Positions 10,848 to 24,889 of a DNA stretch of 64,000 bases are shown piece after piece. The notes beneath the pieces are model-generated. The model was not told the DNA's origin. It searched no databases and worked only from the letters and a program-made list of their open reading frames with translations. The translations under genes were made by a program, and so were the position numbers. The stretch's first letter is position 1; each line of letters opens with the position of its first letter. This stretch comes from Utricularia gibba (lineage: Eukaryota; Plantae; Magnoliophyta), in NCBI GenBank assembly GCA_002189035.1, contig CM007990.1, positions 2,852,001-2,916,000 of the forward strand. Reading direction: 5' to 3'.

Positions 10848-12891
10848 TGTTGATGTAGCAAAGATTGAGTCTTGAGGATGGAACGAAAGGGATAATGCTT
10901 ATGAGTTCATAATAGATGAAAACCAAACCTTCAACAATAAGGGTGGCGAAAAAAGGGCACTTAGCCTCGAGTTGCTAGTAGGGTATATATACCCAATACC
11001 TAGGTTACACAATAATAGGTCACAATCATGAAAAAACAAAAATAAAAGGCCTAATTACTGAGACCAATATTTTTAACTGAAAAATTACTTCATTACACAA
11101 GCTTAATGCTTCAATTCACCTTCAAGCTTATTTGGATTGAGGCTGATCTCCAACACTCCCCCCCATATCAAGATCTCCTAACTTGATAAAGTCTTCTATA
11201 GTCATTAGATTCATATTCTTCCTTGCTAACTCAAATTGAACCCTATTCAATCTTTTGGCAAGATCATCAGCAAACTGATTCCTAGACTCAACATACTACA
11301 CTTTGATCTTCTCATCCTTGATGTAATTTCTTATGACATGATACCTGATGCTTATGTGTTTGGGTTTGCTGAAGGATGTTGGATCCTTAGCCATGGAGAT
11401 TGCAGCTTTATTATCCATAAACGGATATGTAGCTTTCTTTTGTATGAATCCAAGTTCGTTAAGCATATGTCTCAATCAAATGCAATAGTTTGAATCATGT
11501 GCTGTAGAGATGTATTCAGCTTCAGCGATTGATTGTGCCACCATCTTTTGTTTCTTCAAAAACTAGACTACATGGCTTTTATTTAAGAAGAATAGTGCAC
11601 CAGATGTATTATAGTTATTTTCAGCCATACCATAATCACTATTTGAGTAGGCTCTAAGTTGGAAGACTGGTTTTTCAGCTTCATAGAGATAGAACAATCC
11701 GAAATCATTAGTAGATTTTATATACCTGAAAGCTCTTTTCACAGCTGCTATGTGAGTTGTTGGTTTTTTGAGGAAGCGAGATAAGATATTTACAGAAAAA
11801 CACAAGCTAGGCCTTGTATGTTGGAAATAGAGTAGCATCCACATTCATTCTCTGATGGTTTTCTCCAATTAGCTGTTTGTAATCGTGGGGTGTTTTGGAA
11901 GGATTTACATTTTTGAACCCAAATTTTTTCAAGAAGTTCATTGCAGTACTTCTTATGAGATATGAATGTTTGAACACTTGCAATTTGATGATTTTCCATG
12001 CCTAAATAGTAGGACATCACTCGAAGATCAAAATTCTACAATCTTTCTTTCATCACATGTAATTATCATATGATCATCCACATATAGACTACCGAATAAA
12101 CAATCATCTCCCTTCCCTTTAACATACAGTGAGGAATCAATGTATGTTTTCATGAAACCAATACCCTAGAGAAAGTAATACATGCATTCATTCAATGCTC
12201 TAAGTACTTGCTTCAACATATAGAGAGATTTTTTTAACTTCAATACTTTATCTTCATGACCTGATACTTCAAAGCCCTATGGTTGTTTAAAAAAAACAAC
12301 CTTCTCCAGCACACCATGTAGAAACGTAATTTTCACATCCATGTGATGCACTTTCCATCCATGAGCAGCTGAAATGGCAAGAAGTACTTTAATCGTGTCA
12401 AATCTTTCTCTTGGTGCAAAAATTTAATGAAAATTTATTCTATTGATCTGATTGTCTCCTATGGCTACCAATTTATTCATAGAGCCATTTGCATTCATTT
12501 TGGTTTTGAATACCAATATGAGACCAATAGATTTGAAACCCCTATCCTTGGGTATGTTTACTCATTTCTTCCTCCATGGTAGCTCTCCATTTTGGATTTT
12601 GTACAACTACTTCAAATGATGTTGGATCTGTTGTTGCAAGAAAAATAGAGTCTTGGGAAGTAACACAAAGGTAATGCTTATGAGATCACCTTGGATGAAA
12701 AACGACTCATGAACAATAAGAATGACCGAAAACCTAATTGACACGCATTCCTAGTAGGGTTTATATATACCCAATACCTAGGTTACCCAACAGTGGGCCA
12801 CAATCATTGAAAAGCCCAACAACTCGAATCCAACACTTCAATGCTCGAACCCAACACCTTTTTATCTGAAATATGACATGATGACACAAGT

Positions 12892-15800
12892 TTAGTGCTT
12901 CCAATCACCTTCAAGCTTTTGTTTGAGGCTGATCTCCAACACTCCCCCCAGACCGAGATCTCCCATCTTGAGAAAGTCTTCCATAGTCATGAGATTCATG
13001 TTCTTCCTTGCTAGCTCAAACGGAACTCTGTTCAAACCTTTGGTTCGCCCATCAGCAAGCTGATTCCCACTCTCAACATATTGCACTTTAATCTCCTTCT
13101 CCTTGATGTAATTCCTTATGACATGATACCTGATTCTTATGTGTTTGGCTTTGCTGAAGTTCGTCGGATCCTTGGCAATGGAGATTGCAGCTCGATTATC
13201 CATAAGCAGATGTGTAGCTTCCTGTTGTATGAATCCAAGTTCGTTTAGCATCTGCCTCAACCAAACACAATAGTTCGAAGCATGTGCTGCTGAGATGTAT
13301 TCTGCTTCAGCTGTTGATTGTGCTACCACTCTTTGTTTCTTCGAAAACCAGACTACATGGCTCTTATTTAAGAAGAAGAGTGCACTAGATGTACTCTTGC
13401 TATATTCAGTCATATCATAATCACAATCTGAGTAGGGTCTAAGTTTCAAGATTGGTTTTTCACCTTCATAGGGATAGAACAATCCGAAATCGGTAGATGA
13501 TTTTATGTACCTGAAAGCTCTTTTCACAGCTGCCATATGAGTTGTTGTTGGTTTGTTGAGGAAGCGAGATAAGATATTTACATAAAAACACAAGTCAGGC
13601 CTTGTATGCTGGAGATAAATGAGGCTTCAAATCATACTTCTATAAGTAGTGGCATCCATGTTCTTTCCCTGATTGTTCTCTCCAATCACCTGTTTGTAAT
13701 CCAAAGGCGCTTTTGAAGGATTGACATCTTTGAACCCAATCCTTTCAAGAAGTTCATTACATTACTTTTTCTGAAATATGAATGTTCCAACCTTTTCAAG
13801 TTGATGAATTTCCATGCCTAGATAGTAGGACATCATTCCAAAGTCAGTCATCTTGAATTCATTTTTGAGTAGAGCTTTGAATTCCTCAATCTTCCTTTCA
13901 CTACCTGATGTAATCATAAGATCATCCACATATAAGCTAATAAATAAACGATCATCTTCTTTTCCTTTAACATACAGTGAGTAATCACTATATGTTTTTC
14001 TGAAACCAATACCCTGAAGAAAGTTATCCATGCTCTAGGAGCTTGCTTCAACCCATAGAGAGATTTCTCTAGCTTCAATACCTTGTCTTCATGACCTGAC
14101 ACTTCGAAGCCCTTTGGTTGTTCAACAAAAACAACCACCTCCAACATAACATTCAAGAACGCAGTCTTGACATCCATGTGATGCACTTTCCATCCATGAG
14201 CAGCTGAAATGGCAAGAAGTACTTTAATCGTGTCAAATCTTGCTACTGGTGCAAAAATCTCATGAAAATTTATTCCTTTGATCTGACTATATCCCTTGAC
14301 TACTAATCTAGCCTTATATTTGTTGATAGAACCATCTGCATTCATCTTGGTTTTGAATAACCACTTGAGGCCAATAGGTTTGAAACCCCTATCCTTGGGT
14401 TTATCAACTAACTCCCATGTTTCATTTTCAAGTATAGAATTCATTTCTTCCTTCATGGTCTCTCTCCATTTCGGATTTTGTATAGCTACTTCAAATGATG
14501 TTGGATCTCCTGTCAATAATCCAGCCAAAATATCACCTACAGCATCTTGGATATCATCATTCAACTTGGAGAAACTTATTGTAGTAGCCTTGTTTCTTTT
14601 GCTTCTTCTAATGTCAGTAACATGACTATATTCATTATCTATTGAATCTCTGATGTTTTTGCGTTTCCTCCTTTGCCAATCACGATCAGATGGGTAATAA
14701 TCTTCATCATCAGTATCAGGTTCCTCTCGATCAGATTCATCTGTTGATGAGTCTTCTGCATTCGTGCCTTGCTCCTCTTCCTGGATTTCGAAATTCCCAT
14801 CTGAATGTAGATCATTGGCCTTCTCCTCCTCTGGAGCTGGAAAATTCTCATCTGAATGCTGATCATTTACTTGATTTGAATCTTCATGAACGAGTTCTGA
14901 AGTTTCTTGGTTTGTTGAATTGCTGGAAGAGAAGTTTTGAGGCATGTGTGTCAAGAGGTCTCCTTTCACATGGGTGCTATGCCTTTCAAGGCTTTTATGA
15001 GCTTCTGCATCATTCAGAGCAATGCAATCATCAATTAAAGTATACCTTGCACCTTCATCAAAAGTGACATCATGGCTGAGGATAAATTTCTTCTGTTGAG
15101 GTAGATAAACTTTATATCCCTTGGTAGTGTTGCTATAACCAACAAATATATCAGATACAGATTTCTTATCAAGTTTTCCTCGTTTTTGGTCTGGTACATG
15201 AGTAAAACACAGACTACCAAAGATTCTGAGATGATCAACCTTTTTAATATAACCATGCCATTTTTCATGCGTGGTTTTTCCACTAATCGCCCTTGAGGGA
15301 AGCAAGTTCAACAGATATACAGATGTAGATACCGCTTCAGCCCAGAAACTTACAGGAAGACCTTTCTCAAACAATAGGCATCTTACATATCAAGGATTGT
15401 TCTGTTTCTCCTTTCACATATACCATTCTGTTGTGGAGAATATGGTACGGTGAATTGATGCATGATTCCCTCATTTTCACAGAACATTCTCATGCTATTA
15501 TTGTAGAATTCGCCTCCATTGTCTGATCTAATCATCTTCAAAGAGCATCCACTCTGATTCTCAATGATCACTTTGAATTTTCGAAAGATATGAGGAACTT
15601 CTAACTTGCTTTTAAGAAAGTAAACCCAACAATAACGTGAATAATCATCAATGAATCTAACAAAATATTTACTCCTCCTTAATGAACATTCGTTAAATGG
15701 TCCACAAAAATCTGTATGCACAAGCTCTAATTTCTCCTTTGCTACTGAATCACTAGAATAAAAGGGCTTTCTACACTGTTTATTTTGATGGCACACCTCA

Positions 15801-17403
15801 CATATGGCATTAGCAAACTTGATGTCTTTCAATTCCAATAATTCCTTATTCTTCTGCAATATTTTTAGATTGTTGAAGCTATAGTGCCCAAAACGTTTGT
15901 GCCAAAGGCTGCTTTGATCCTGACGTGAGAAAATAAACCTTTTATGATCACTGACCATGATTTGGTAGAGGTTGTAGGTGGTTAACACAGCATGGAATTC
16001 AATCTTCGTTTTTGGATCAGCAACCTTAACTTTAGTGGTTATACCACCAGCATCCTTCATCAGCTCAATGTCAAAACCTTGCCTGCTCAATTGGCCAAAG
16101 CTCAACAGGTTCTGTTTGAGGTTTGGTGAATAATAAACATCATCAACTTGAACAATTCCTTCTTTTAACAAGAGTAAAATGCTTCCTTTCATGCTTGAGA
16201 AATGACCATGTATCACAACATACATGATAGGAGGCACCAGAGTCCAAGTAAAGGATCTGAGGCTACTATCATTAGAGCACACTCATACTCAAAAAGATCT
16301 TCAAAAGATATTTCTGGCTCATCTTCAAAGTAGGTAAAGGATGCATGTGATTTATCTTCCCTGGAAGTAGCCTTTTTGTTATACTCAACTTTTATTGGAT
16401 TTGACATTCCACATACTTTGTCAAGATGGCCTCTTTGATTGCATTTCGTGCACAAAGCATCAGGCTTCCACCAACAAAACTCACTCCTGTGATTTTGTTT
16501 GTTGCAATGCTTGCAAGCATTTGTGCTTAAAGTCCAACAATCTTCACTCTTATGGTTGGATTTGTCACAATGCCTGCACTTCTGATTGCTCATCGTTGAT
16601 GTTGGGATTGACGTTGGTGATTGTTTGATGGCGGTTGACTTGACATCCTTGACATTGTTAATTACACCTGAGGTTATATTCATATTCTGCATTTTGGTGA
16701 GGAGAGCAGCTTCACCATAAGTTTTCTCAACTTCATAACCATCTCTTAGTTCCAATCTCTTTTCTGTAGATTGCAACTCAATCATTAACTATCTAAATGT
16801 TGACTCTGGTGTAACAGGATATTTAGGATACAGCTGATGGAGCTTTCCTTTAATAATGTCAAGGATTTTTTTTTCTGTCACAAGTGCACATAACTTTGGC
16901 TCGAATCTTGCAGGTAGGCTCATGATTGCCTTGCTAATCACCTTTTGATCCTCAAGATTTTCCCCCAATCCTCGAATCTCCTTCACAAGCTTCGCAGTAC
17001 GTTCATAATAGACTTGTATGGTTTCATTGTCTAACATTTTGTTCCTCTCAAAGTCCTCCACCTTGTTTTTGCATAATATCTCTCTGAGTTTGGCATCGCC
17101 TTCATAATGGGATTTGAGAGTATCCCATATTTCTTTTGCTGATTGACACTCTGCAATATCATCAAATAGATGTTCAGAGATGGCTTGATACAAGGCATCC
17201 ATTGCTTCATCTTTTCTCTGTTGAAGATACTCAGCTTCCTCTTGCTGTTCTGATGTGGATTTGCTTGTTATTGTAATAGCCAGAATCTCCCTTTCGACAA
17301 CATCCCAAATCTTTCTGACCCGAAGGTAGCTGCGCATCTTTTTGACTCAGCTTCCATACTCTGAACCATCAAATATTGGAGGTCCTCTACCAGATGCCAT
17401 CAT
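12892..17403 (-). pseudogene. Copia gag-pol of copy B, disrupted
   Basis: Near-identical to A. Frameshifting deletions near 14030, 16186 and 16250, plus the integrase frameshift shared with A near 15384. Confidence 0.93.
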
Positions 17404-17505
17404 AGCCACCGCTGGACAAGCTTTGGGTTGATACTTGGTAATCCACCAAGTAAAAAACGATGAACGGTATATAAAATACTGAAACGAACACAGGTTTGAG
17501 AACCT

Positions 17506-17525
17506 AAACCCTAAACCCTAAACCT
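17506..17525 (-). repeat. Interstitial Arabidopsis-type telomeric repeat (20-bp insertion)
   Basis: AAACCCTAAACCCTAAACCT is present only in B; A (4050-4066) and E (44680-44697) have the empty site. Confidence 0.9.
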
Positions 17526-19843
17526 TACTGCTCTGATACCATGTTGTTGCAAGAAAAATAGAGTCTTGGGAAGTAACAAAAAGGTAATGCTTATGAGATC
17601 ACCTTGGATGAAAAACGATTCATGAACAATAAGAATGACCGAAAACCTAATTGACACGCATTCCTAGTATGGTTTATATATACCCAATACCTAGGTTACC
17701 CAACAGTGGGCCACAATCATTGAAAACACACAAAAAGCCCAACAACTCGAATCCAACCCTTCAATGCTCGAACCCAACACTTTTTTATCTGAAATATGAC
17801 ATTATGACACAAGTTTAGTGCTTCCAATCACCTTCAAGCTTTTGATTGAGGCTGATCTCCAACAGGATCTCCTATCAATAGTCCAGTCAAAACATTAACT
17901 CCCAGGTCTCATATCTTCATTATCTGTTGGCTATTTGATCCTTTTGCTTTTCCTTCTTTGCCAATCATGATGAGATGAATAATAATCTTCATCATCAGTA
18001 TCAGATTCCTCTTCATTGGATTCATTAGATGATGAGTCACCTGCATTTCTAGCATTCTCCTCTTCTAGGAGTGGGAGATTCCCATCAGAATATTGATCAT
18101 TTACCTGATTTGATTCTTCATATAAGGGCTCTAAGGTTGATTCCGAATTCTCATTTGATGAGTCATCTACATTTGTGGCTTTCTCCTCTTTAGGGGGATG
18201 GAGATTCCCATCTAAATATTGATCATTTACCTGATTTGAATCTTCATATAAAGGCTTTGAAGTTCATTTTGAATTCTGATTCACATCCATATGTTCATTT
18301 CCATCTTCTGTTTCTTGGTTGGTTGAATTGTTCAATGAGCATTTTTGAAGCATGTGTGTCCATAAGTCAGCTTTCATGTGAGTGTTATGCCCTCCATGAT
18401 TTTTATTAGCTTCTGCATCATTCAGAGAAAGATGATCATCAACTAAAGTATACTATGCACCTTCATCAAAAGAAACATCATGACTGAAGATAAATTTCTT
18501 CTGGTCATTTATATAAACTTTACATCTTTTGGTAGTATTACTATAATCAACAAACACACCAAATATAGATTTATTATCAAGTTTTCCTCATTTTTGGTGT
18601 GCTACATGAGTAAAACACAAACTATCAAAGATTCTAAGATGATCAACACTTGTAATATAACCATTTCATTTCTCATGAACGGTCTTTTCACAATTCGCCC
18701 TGGATGGAATAAAGTTCAATAGATATACAGACGTAGATTCTATTATTTAATCATTGGAATAAAATGGCTTTTTGCATTGTTTACCTTGATGGCACACTTC
18801 ACATATGGTATCAGAAAATTTAATGTCTTTCAATTCCAGTAATTCATTATTCTATTGCACTATTTTGAAGATTCTTGAAGCTATAGTGCACAAAACGTTT
18901 GTGCCAAAGGCTACTTTGATCATGAACTGGGAAAATACAACTTTCATGATCACTAACCGAGATTTGGTAGAGGTTATAGGTGGTCAACACAACATGAATC
19001 TCAATCTTTGTTTTTGGATCAGCAACTTTAACTTCGTTGGTTATACCTGCAGCATCTTTGATCGATTCAATCTCAAAGCCTTATCTGGTTAATTAGTCAA
19101 AAGGCAATAGGTTCTGCTTAAGATTTGGTGAATAATATATCATTAACTTGCACAATTTCTTCTTTTAGAATGAGTAAAATACTTCCTTTGACCACAATAC
19201 CAATATTTTCACCAGTACATGTGTTTACTTGCTTTCCAATCTTCTCATGTTGTAGAATTGACTTTCCATCAGAAAATACATGATAGGAGGCCCCCGAATC
19301 CAAGTACCAACCCTTAGTATATGAGACTATTGTCATTAGAACGCACTCATAATGACATGGATCTTCAAAGGATATTTTGGATTCGCATTCAAAGTAAGTA
19401 AAAGATGCAACTGATTATTCATCCTTGGAAATAGTCTTCTTGTTCAGATCTACCTTAATTGGATTAGACATTCCACATACCTTGTCAAATGGCCCCTTTG
19501 ATAACATTTACTGCACAAGACATCAGGCTTCCACCAGCAAAACTCACCCTTGTGATTCTATTTGTTGCAATACTTGCAAGCATTTGTGGTTAAAGTCCAA
19601 TAATCTTCACTCTTTTAGTTGGCTTTGTCACAATGCCTGCACTTTTGATTACCCATTGTTGCATTTGAGATTGATGTTGGTGATTGTTTGATCAGTGTTG
19701 ACTTGACATCCTTTACATTTTTAAGTGCTATTAATATTCTGTATTTTGGTAAGGAGAGCCGCTTCACCATATACTTTGTCAACCTCATAACCATCTCTCA
19801 GTTCCAATCTCATTTATGTAGACTACAACAAATCATGAATTCT

Positions 19844-21103
19844 TGATAAACGGTTTTTTTCCTAATATCATTGCAAATAAAAATAGAAAATCCATATCAA
19901 ATAAATTTATAATGCTTAATCTACACAAAATACAAATTTGGAAAACTTGTATAGTGGATATCGGGGTCGATCACGAAGAGCTTCTGCTTGCTAAGCTTTT
20001 TAGTACATGCATAATTTCGGAAAACAGTAGGTCTTAGTCTATGCTCGGACTAACAGTAGTAAACAAGTTCAGTAAAAAAGGTAGATAAGCAATATCAGGT
20101 TTCAACGCTAAGGTAACGGGTACTAGTGTTGACTTAGACTAATACGAGGACGCCTTAAGGATCTGCGGGTGGTGTTATGCTAAGCTTCCTAACTTAATTT
20201 ATTATCTTCCTACACTCACAACTTCAAATAACCTAAATCTACTCAGGTCATTCATCATATTTTTGGCTTAAGCTAGTCCCCAATATCATAACTAACATTG
20301 AAATTAGGTCTACCTGCATGCAAGGCATATAGAACTAGGTCTACCCGGTTCTACTGGTTCTACCCTGGACTAACACCGACTGATCCTGTCTTGGTTTGTT
20401 GGTCTACCTCTAAACCAAACATCTAAGTTGTGAAACTACTTGCTTCCCTCCTTAGGTCCACTTATGGTTTGTTAGAAACAAGAGTTAAGGAAGACAACTA
20501 AATTTCATCATTAAGCTAAGCACATACCACCCACTTCCCCTTAAGGGATCCTTAAGACTCTAGCCACTCATGCTTTGGAAATAAAACACGATTTCATTCA
20601 TATAAGTTGGCCAAAATGGCCGAAACATTGCAAAGAAGTAAAATGCAGAAAGTCGAAATGTTTAGAAAACTAGAAAGTAAATAAAGATTGTTATTCCGCC
20701 CTTTAGCTACTGTTCACAGCCCGGAATAGTAGCGCGGGACTGGGCTTCGGTGCTTTTCTTGGTGATGAAGGCCTCCCTTCCCCCCTCTGGTTGGTGTTTC
20801 TCCCGTTGGGGAAGAAGACCCCTTGCGTTACCCCCACCTTGGTCGCTTCACTTCGCGCTCTCTCTTTTTTTTCGAAAAAAAATTTCCCCTTTCCTTCACT
20901 CCATTGCACTGTTGCTGTCCGCCAGTACTATTCCCGATCGCCAGCACTATTCCCGGCCTGAACTTGTAGACTGCGGTGGCGGCAGAACAGTGCTCTTTGT
21001 CCTTCTTCGGATTTTGCGCCCCTTTTTTGCTTGTTTTACATGTTTGCAAGTCTGATTTTCGGCTCATCTCCCTGCTGAACTTACTGAAACGTTAGTAATA
21101 AGA
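19844..21103 (-). mobile_element. Athila-type LTR, truncated, inserted in the gag of copia C
   Basis: Starts TGATAAACGG and is an inverted homologue of 52151-53271. Breaks off at about 21103 into CRM RNase H sequence. Confidence 0.85.
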
Positions 21104-22848
21104 AATGCAATTAGCTGATTTTTCTAAAACATTTGAAATTGAATGTGATGCTTCTGGAGATGGAATAGGTGCTATTCTAATGCAAGGAGCTTGACCTATT
21201 GCCTACTTCAGTAAAAAGTTGGGTGGAGCTACAATCAATTACCCAACTTATAATGAGTTGTATTCACTGATAAGAGCACTAGAAATTTGGAAACATTATC
21301 TTTGATACGAGGAATTTGTTATCGATACAGACCATGAAAGTTTGAAGCATGTCAAGAGACAAAGAAATCTCAATAGAACACATGCAAGATGGATGGAGTT
21401 CATTGATGCATTTCCTTATTTTAGCAAATACAAGAAAGGTATGGAGAACATTGTTGCTGATGCATTCTCATGAAGGTACACTATTTTGGCTACTCTTGAT
21501 GCTCAAAGTTCTGGATTTTCAACAATAAAAGAAACTTACAGTGTTGATCATGATTTTAAGGATATTTATTTTTCATGTGAGTATAAACCTAATGAAAACT
21601 TCCATAGGCAAGATGATTAGGTAATGCATTCCTCAATATTCAATTCATGAGTTTTTGGTGAAAGAGGCTCATGGTGGTGATCTTATGGAACATTTTTGAG
21701 TCACCAAGACATTGCTGCACATGTTTCAACAATACTTCTATTGGCTACACATGAGAAGAGATGTGGAAAGAATATGTGTAAGATGTTTAGTGTACAAGAA
21801 TGCCAAATCAAAATCAACTTCTCAGGGATTGTATACTCCTCTTCCCACCGCTCTTCACCCTTGAGTTGATGTTTCTATGTTTTTTGTTTTAGGGCTACCA
21901 AGAACTCAAAAGGCAAAGGATTCAATCTTTGTAGTGGTTGACAGGTTCTCCAAGATGGCACATTTCATCCCTTGTCATAAGACTGATGATGCTACTTAAG
22001 TTGCAGATCTATTCATTAGGGAGATTGTTAGACTTCATGGTATGCACTTACTATTGTAAGTGATCGAGATGCGAAGTTTCCCAGGCACTTCTGGCGTACA
22101 CTTTTGAGCAAGTTGGGAAAAAAGCTCCTTTTCTCTACTACTTGTCATTCCCAAACTGATAGACAAAATAAGGTAACAAACCGAATCCTATCTACTTTAC
22201 TTCATGCCATCATCAAAAAGAACATTACAACATAGAAAGATTGCTTACCTCATGCTAAGTCTGCATACAATAGAGTGGTACATTCTTGTACACATTGTTG
22301 TCCTTTTGAACTTGTATATGGATTTAATTCTCGTGCTCCTATAGACTTGTTGTCATTGCCATCTGATGAATTTTTTAGCTTTGATGCTGCTAAGAGAGCA
22401 AATGCCATCAGAAAATTGCATGAGAAGGTTCGAAATCAACTTTAATCCAAAAATAAGTAGTATGCTGCAAAGGTAAAAAAACATAGAAAGAGAGTTAGTC
22501 TTCAGCCAAGAGATTGGGTTTGGGTACATTTTTGAAAGAAAAGATTTCCAAGCAAGAGACATTGAAAGCTTTCACCAAGAGGAGACGGACCCTTTCAAGT
22601 CATTGAGATTTTTAATCAATGACAATTCTTATAAAATTGATCTTCCAGGTGACCTTTCTGTCCATTTCACGTTCAACATTGCTTACTTGATTCCCTGTGA
22701 TGTAGATGGTGATGACTCAAGGATGAATCTACTAAAAGAAGGGAGGGGATAATGAGATCATGGATGTCACAAATAAGGACAATGAAGATGAGGGAAAAGA
22801 CACCAATCTTCCCATCATTTCACTTGGGCCACTCACAAGATCAAGAGG
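21104..22848 (+). mobile_element. CRM-type gypsy RNase H-integrase, PPT and start of 3' LTR (decayed)
   Basis: [23 protein letters not shown] and [10 protein letters not shown] are readable. PPT AAAGAAGGGAGGGGA ends at 22749; LTR from 22750 carries LGPLTRSR. Confidence 0.85.
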
Positions 22849-24150
22849 AGCAATGGTGCTAATGAGGTTAATGGTTTGGTTACTCCGCGTAAAGAATACC
22901 CAGGCAATGTTGCACGATAGGTTCTTCTCGGATTAGTTAAGACATGTGAAAAGATTAGAGTTTGATAAAGTTTGTAGAGATTCATGACTATCATTATATA
23001 GCCAAGTAAATTCAAGGCATGAAACCCATTTTCTGGGTAGCCCTCTTACTGGGTAAACAAAGAATGGTGCAAAACATGGATAATATGAGCAATGTTCGAT
23101 GAGCTTCATGCCACTGAAGGAAAGGTTTACCACTAGGTGTGTTCATGCGTTATCTTAGATGCATCAGAATCTTTTTGTGTACAGTGACACTAACGCATAC
23201 GCACCTTGAAAGTTGTGAAAAACATATCCAATAACAGTTGTGTTTGGTTTGCAACTTTGGCAATATTAGCATGCATGCTTGGAGCATTGTTGGTGTATGA
23301 TGATCATTAGAACCTAAACAATATTATCTTGAACAGCAAACAAAAGACGAGGTGAAGGAGGCCGAGGTTGCGGTTAATGTATTATGATATGAAGATTCTC
23401 CATGACTCTGGCAAGGCCAAGTGCATTGCTGATGCAATCAAGTTATGATAGCTGCATGTGAGCTCAATGATTTTTTGATATTAGATTTGAGCTTCTTAAC
23501 ATAGGTTCTAGAATACAACTTAATACTTGGGTAGCAACTCCCGCACCATTTGATGAAGCCGAAGAGGCTACTATGCTAGCTTGCAATTTTGAAATATTAG
23601 AAGAAGATCATGAGTGGACACAAACAATAAAGGACATTAGCATCGTAGATTTTAAATTGTAGATCTTAATACAATCAACTTTGGGTTCGATGAAGGATAG
23701 GGGAGGCATTTGGGTTTGATGAGGGATGGCAAAAAACATTCAAATCGTAGATTTTAATACAAGAGTTCACTTCCACAGCAAATATCTAATATCACTCCTT
23801 GTCTCCTCAGGTTTACCTCAAACCCAATCGTTGGTCAATATGCTAGGCTGCTTGAATGTGGTTCTTTGATGTTTGATTGAACAATATAGAAGAAACAAAA
23901 CATAAGGGATGCAACAGTAGTTTGCGAAAACCTTGTGGTTCTTAGAGTTAACCTATGGTATTAGATGAACACATAGGGTGTCTCTTGCTTTTTTTAACAC
24001 TCATGTGCTCTTCTCGGAGAACTCTCCTAAGAAGAGCAAGCTACAAAAAAAAACTGATGCTTTTTACTGTGGTGATTAGGTCATGGATGACAAAGTCGTA
24101 GCAAAAAGGATTATACAGTCCTAGGAGAGTACCTTGGCCACAACCATAAT
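22849..24150 (+). mobile_element. Heavily decayed gypsy (Tekay-like) remnant
   Basis: Alignable with 24950-25160, 26880-27300 and, inverted, 49790-50030. The homologous 27040 region reads IVFGMKQWRHY (RNase H-like). Confidence 0.45.
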
Positions 24151-24199
24151 GACTAGTTGGTGTTTTTGTTCCTAAATCTTAGTGGCATATCCATATGGA

Positions 24200-24887
24200 T
24201 GCATATGGAGCGATTTCTATAAAAGATATGCTAAGTGGATGGAATTTATTGATGCATTTTCATATGTGATCAAATATAAGAAAGGTAAAGAGAATGTGGT
24301 AGTTGATGCTTTATCTAAAATATACACTAATTTAGCCTATATTAATGCTGGAATTCTTTGATTTGCCTCTGTTATTGGAAGCATCACTCAAGTGTCTACT
24401 CAACAATATTAGGTTGGAAGTTGGGATTGAAGTCTTGTCACCAAAAGAGCTCAACTACTTCAAAGTGGATCTATTTTAGAGTCCAACACATGCCATCCTC
24501 TTTGATGTTTGTTAGTGGACTTGGTAGCCTTTCATTTTTATTTCGTTTTGACTTAGAAATGTTGTAGCCTATTTCTAGAGTATAAATACTCTAGTGATGT
24601 ATTCCTTGATGGACCTCTCGCCGATTTCATGAATCTTGTGAGGAATTTCTTCTTTGGGTGCTTCAACACTTTTGACTTATCAAGCTCTTGAGCTTGTGGT
24701 GTCCAAGAATTATCACTTCCACTCCCTTCAAATTCTGAAGTGTGTCTCCTAATTTCTCCTTGTTTTCATAGTCTAATTTCAAGAGACTCATTCTCTTGAG
24801 GGTAGACTTGGGTGGGTTCCTTTTTAAGTGTCAAAATTACCTCATGTTCATGGATTGCATATCTTTTTATATTAGAGGGTCGCATCA
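24200..24887 (+). mobile_element. CRM RNase H fragment plus partial subfamily-H LTR
   Basis: [23 protein letters not shown] near 24235. LTR with CTAGAGTATAAATACTCTAG ending GAGGGTCGCATCA; homologous to 41382-41990. Confidence 0.75.
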
Positions 24888-24889
24888 AC

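Larger units (their letters stand above)
12629..17864 (-). mobile_element. Ty1/copia copy B, full length, nested in copy C
   Basis: LTRs at 12629-12941 and 17542-17864 (about 6 substitutions and a 10-bp indel). PBS complement GCTCTGATACCA at 17530-17541. Perfect TSD GGATC (12624-12628, 17865-17869). Confidence 0.97.
10848..19843 (-). mobile_element. Ty1/copia copy C (older, 5'-truncated), host of copy B
   Basis: 3' LTR at 10848-11155, PPT complement at 11156. Decayed RH/RT at 11170-12628 continues collinearly at 17865-19843 (spacer, INT, PR, gag end). Confidence 0.9.
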
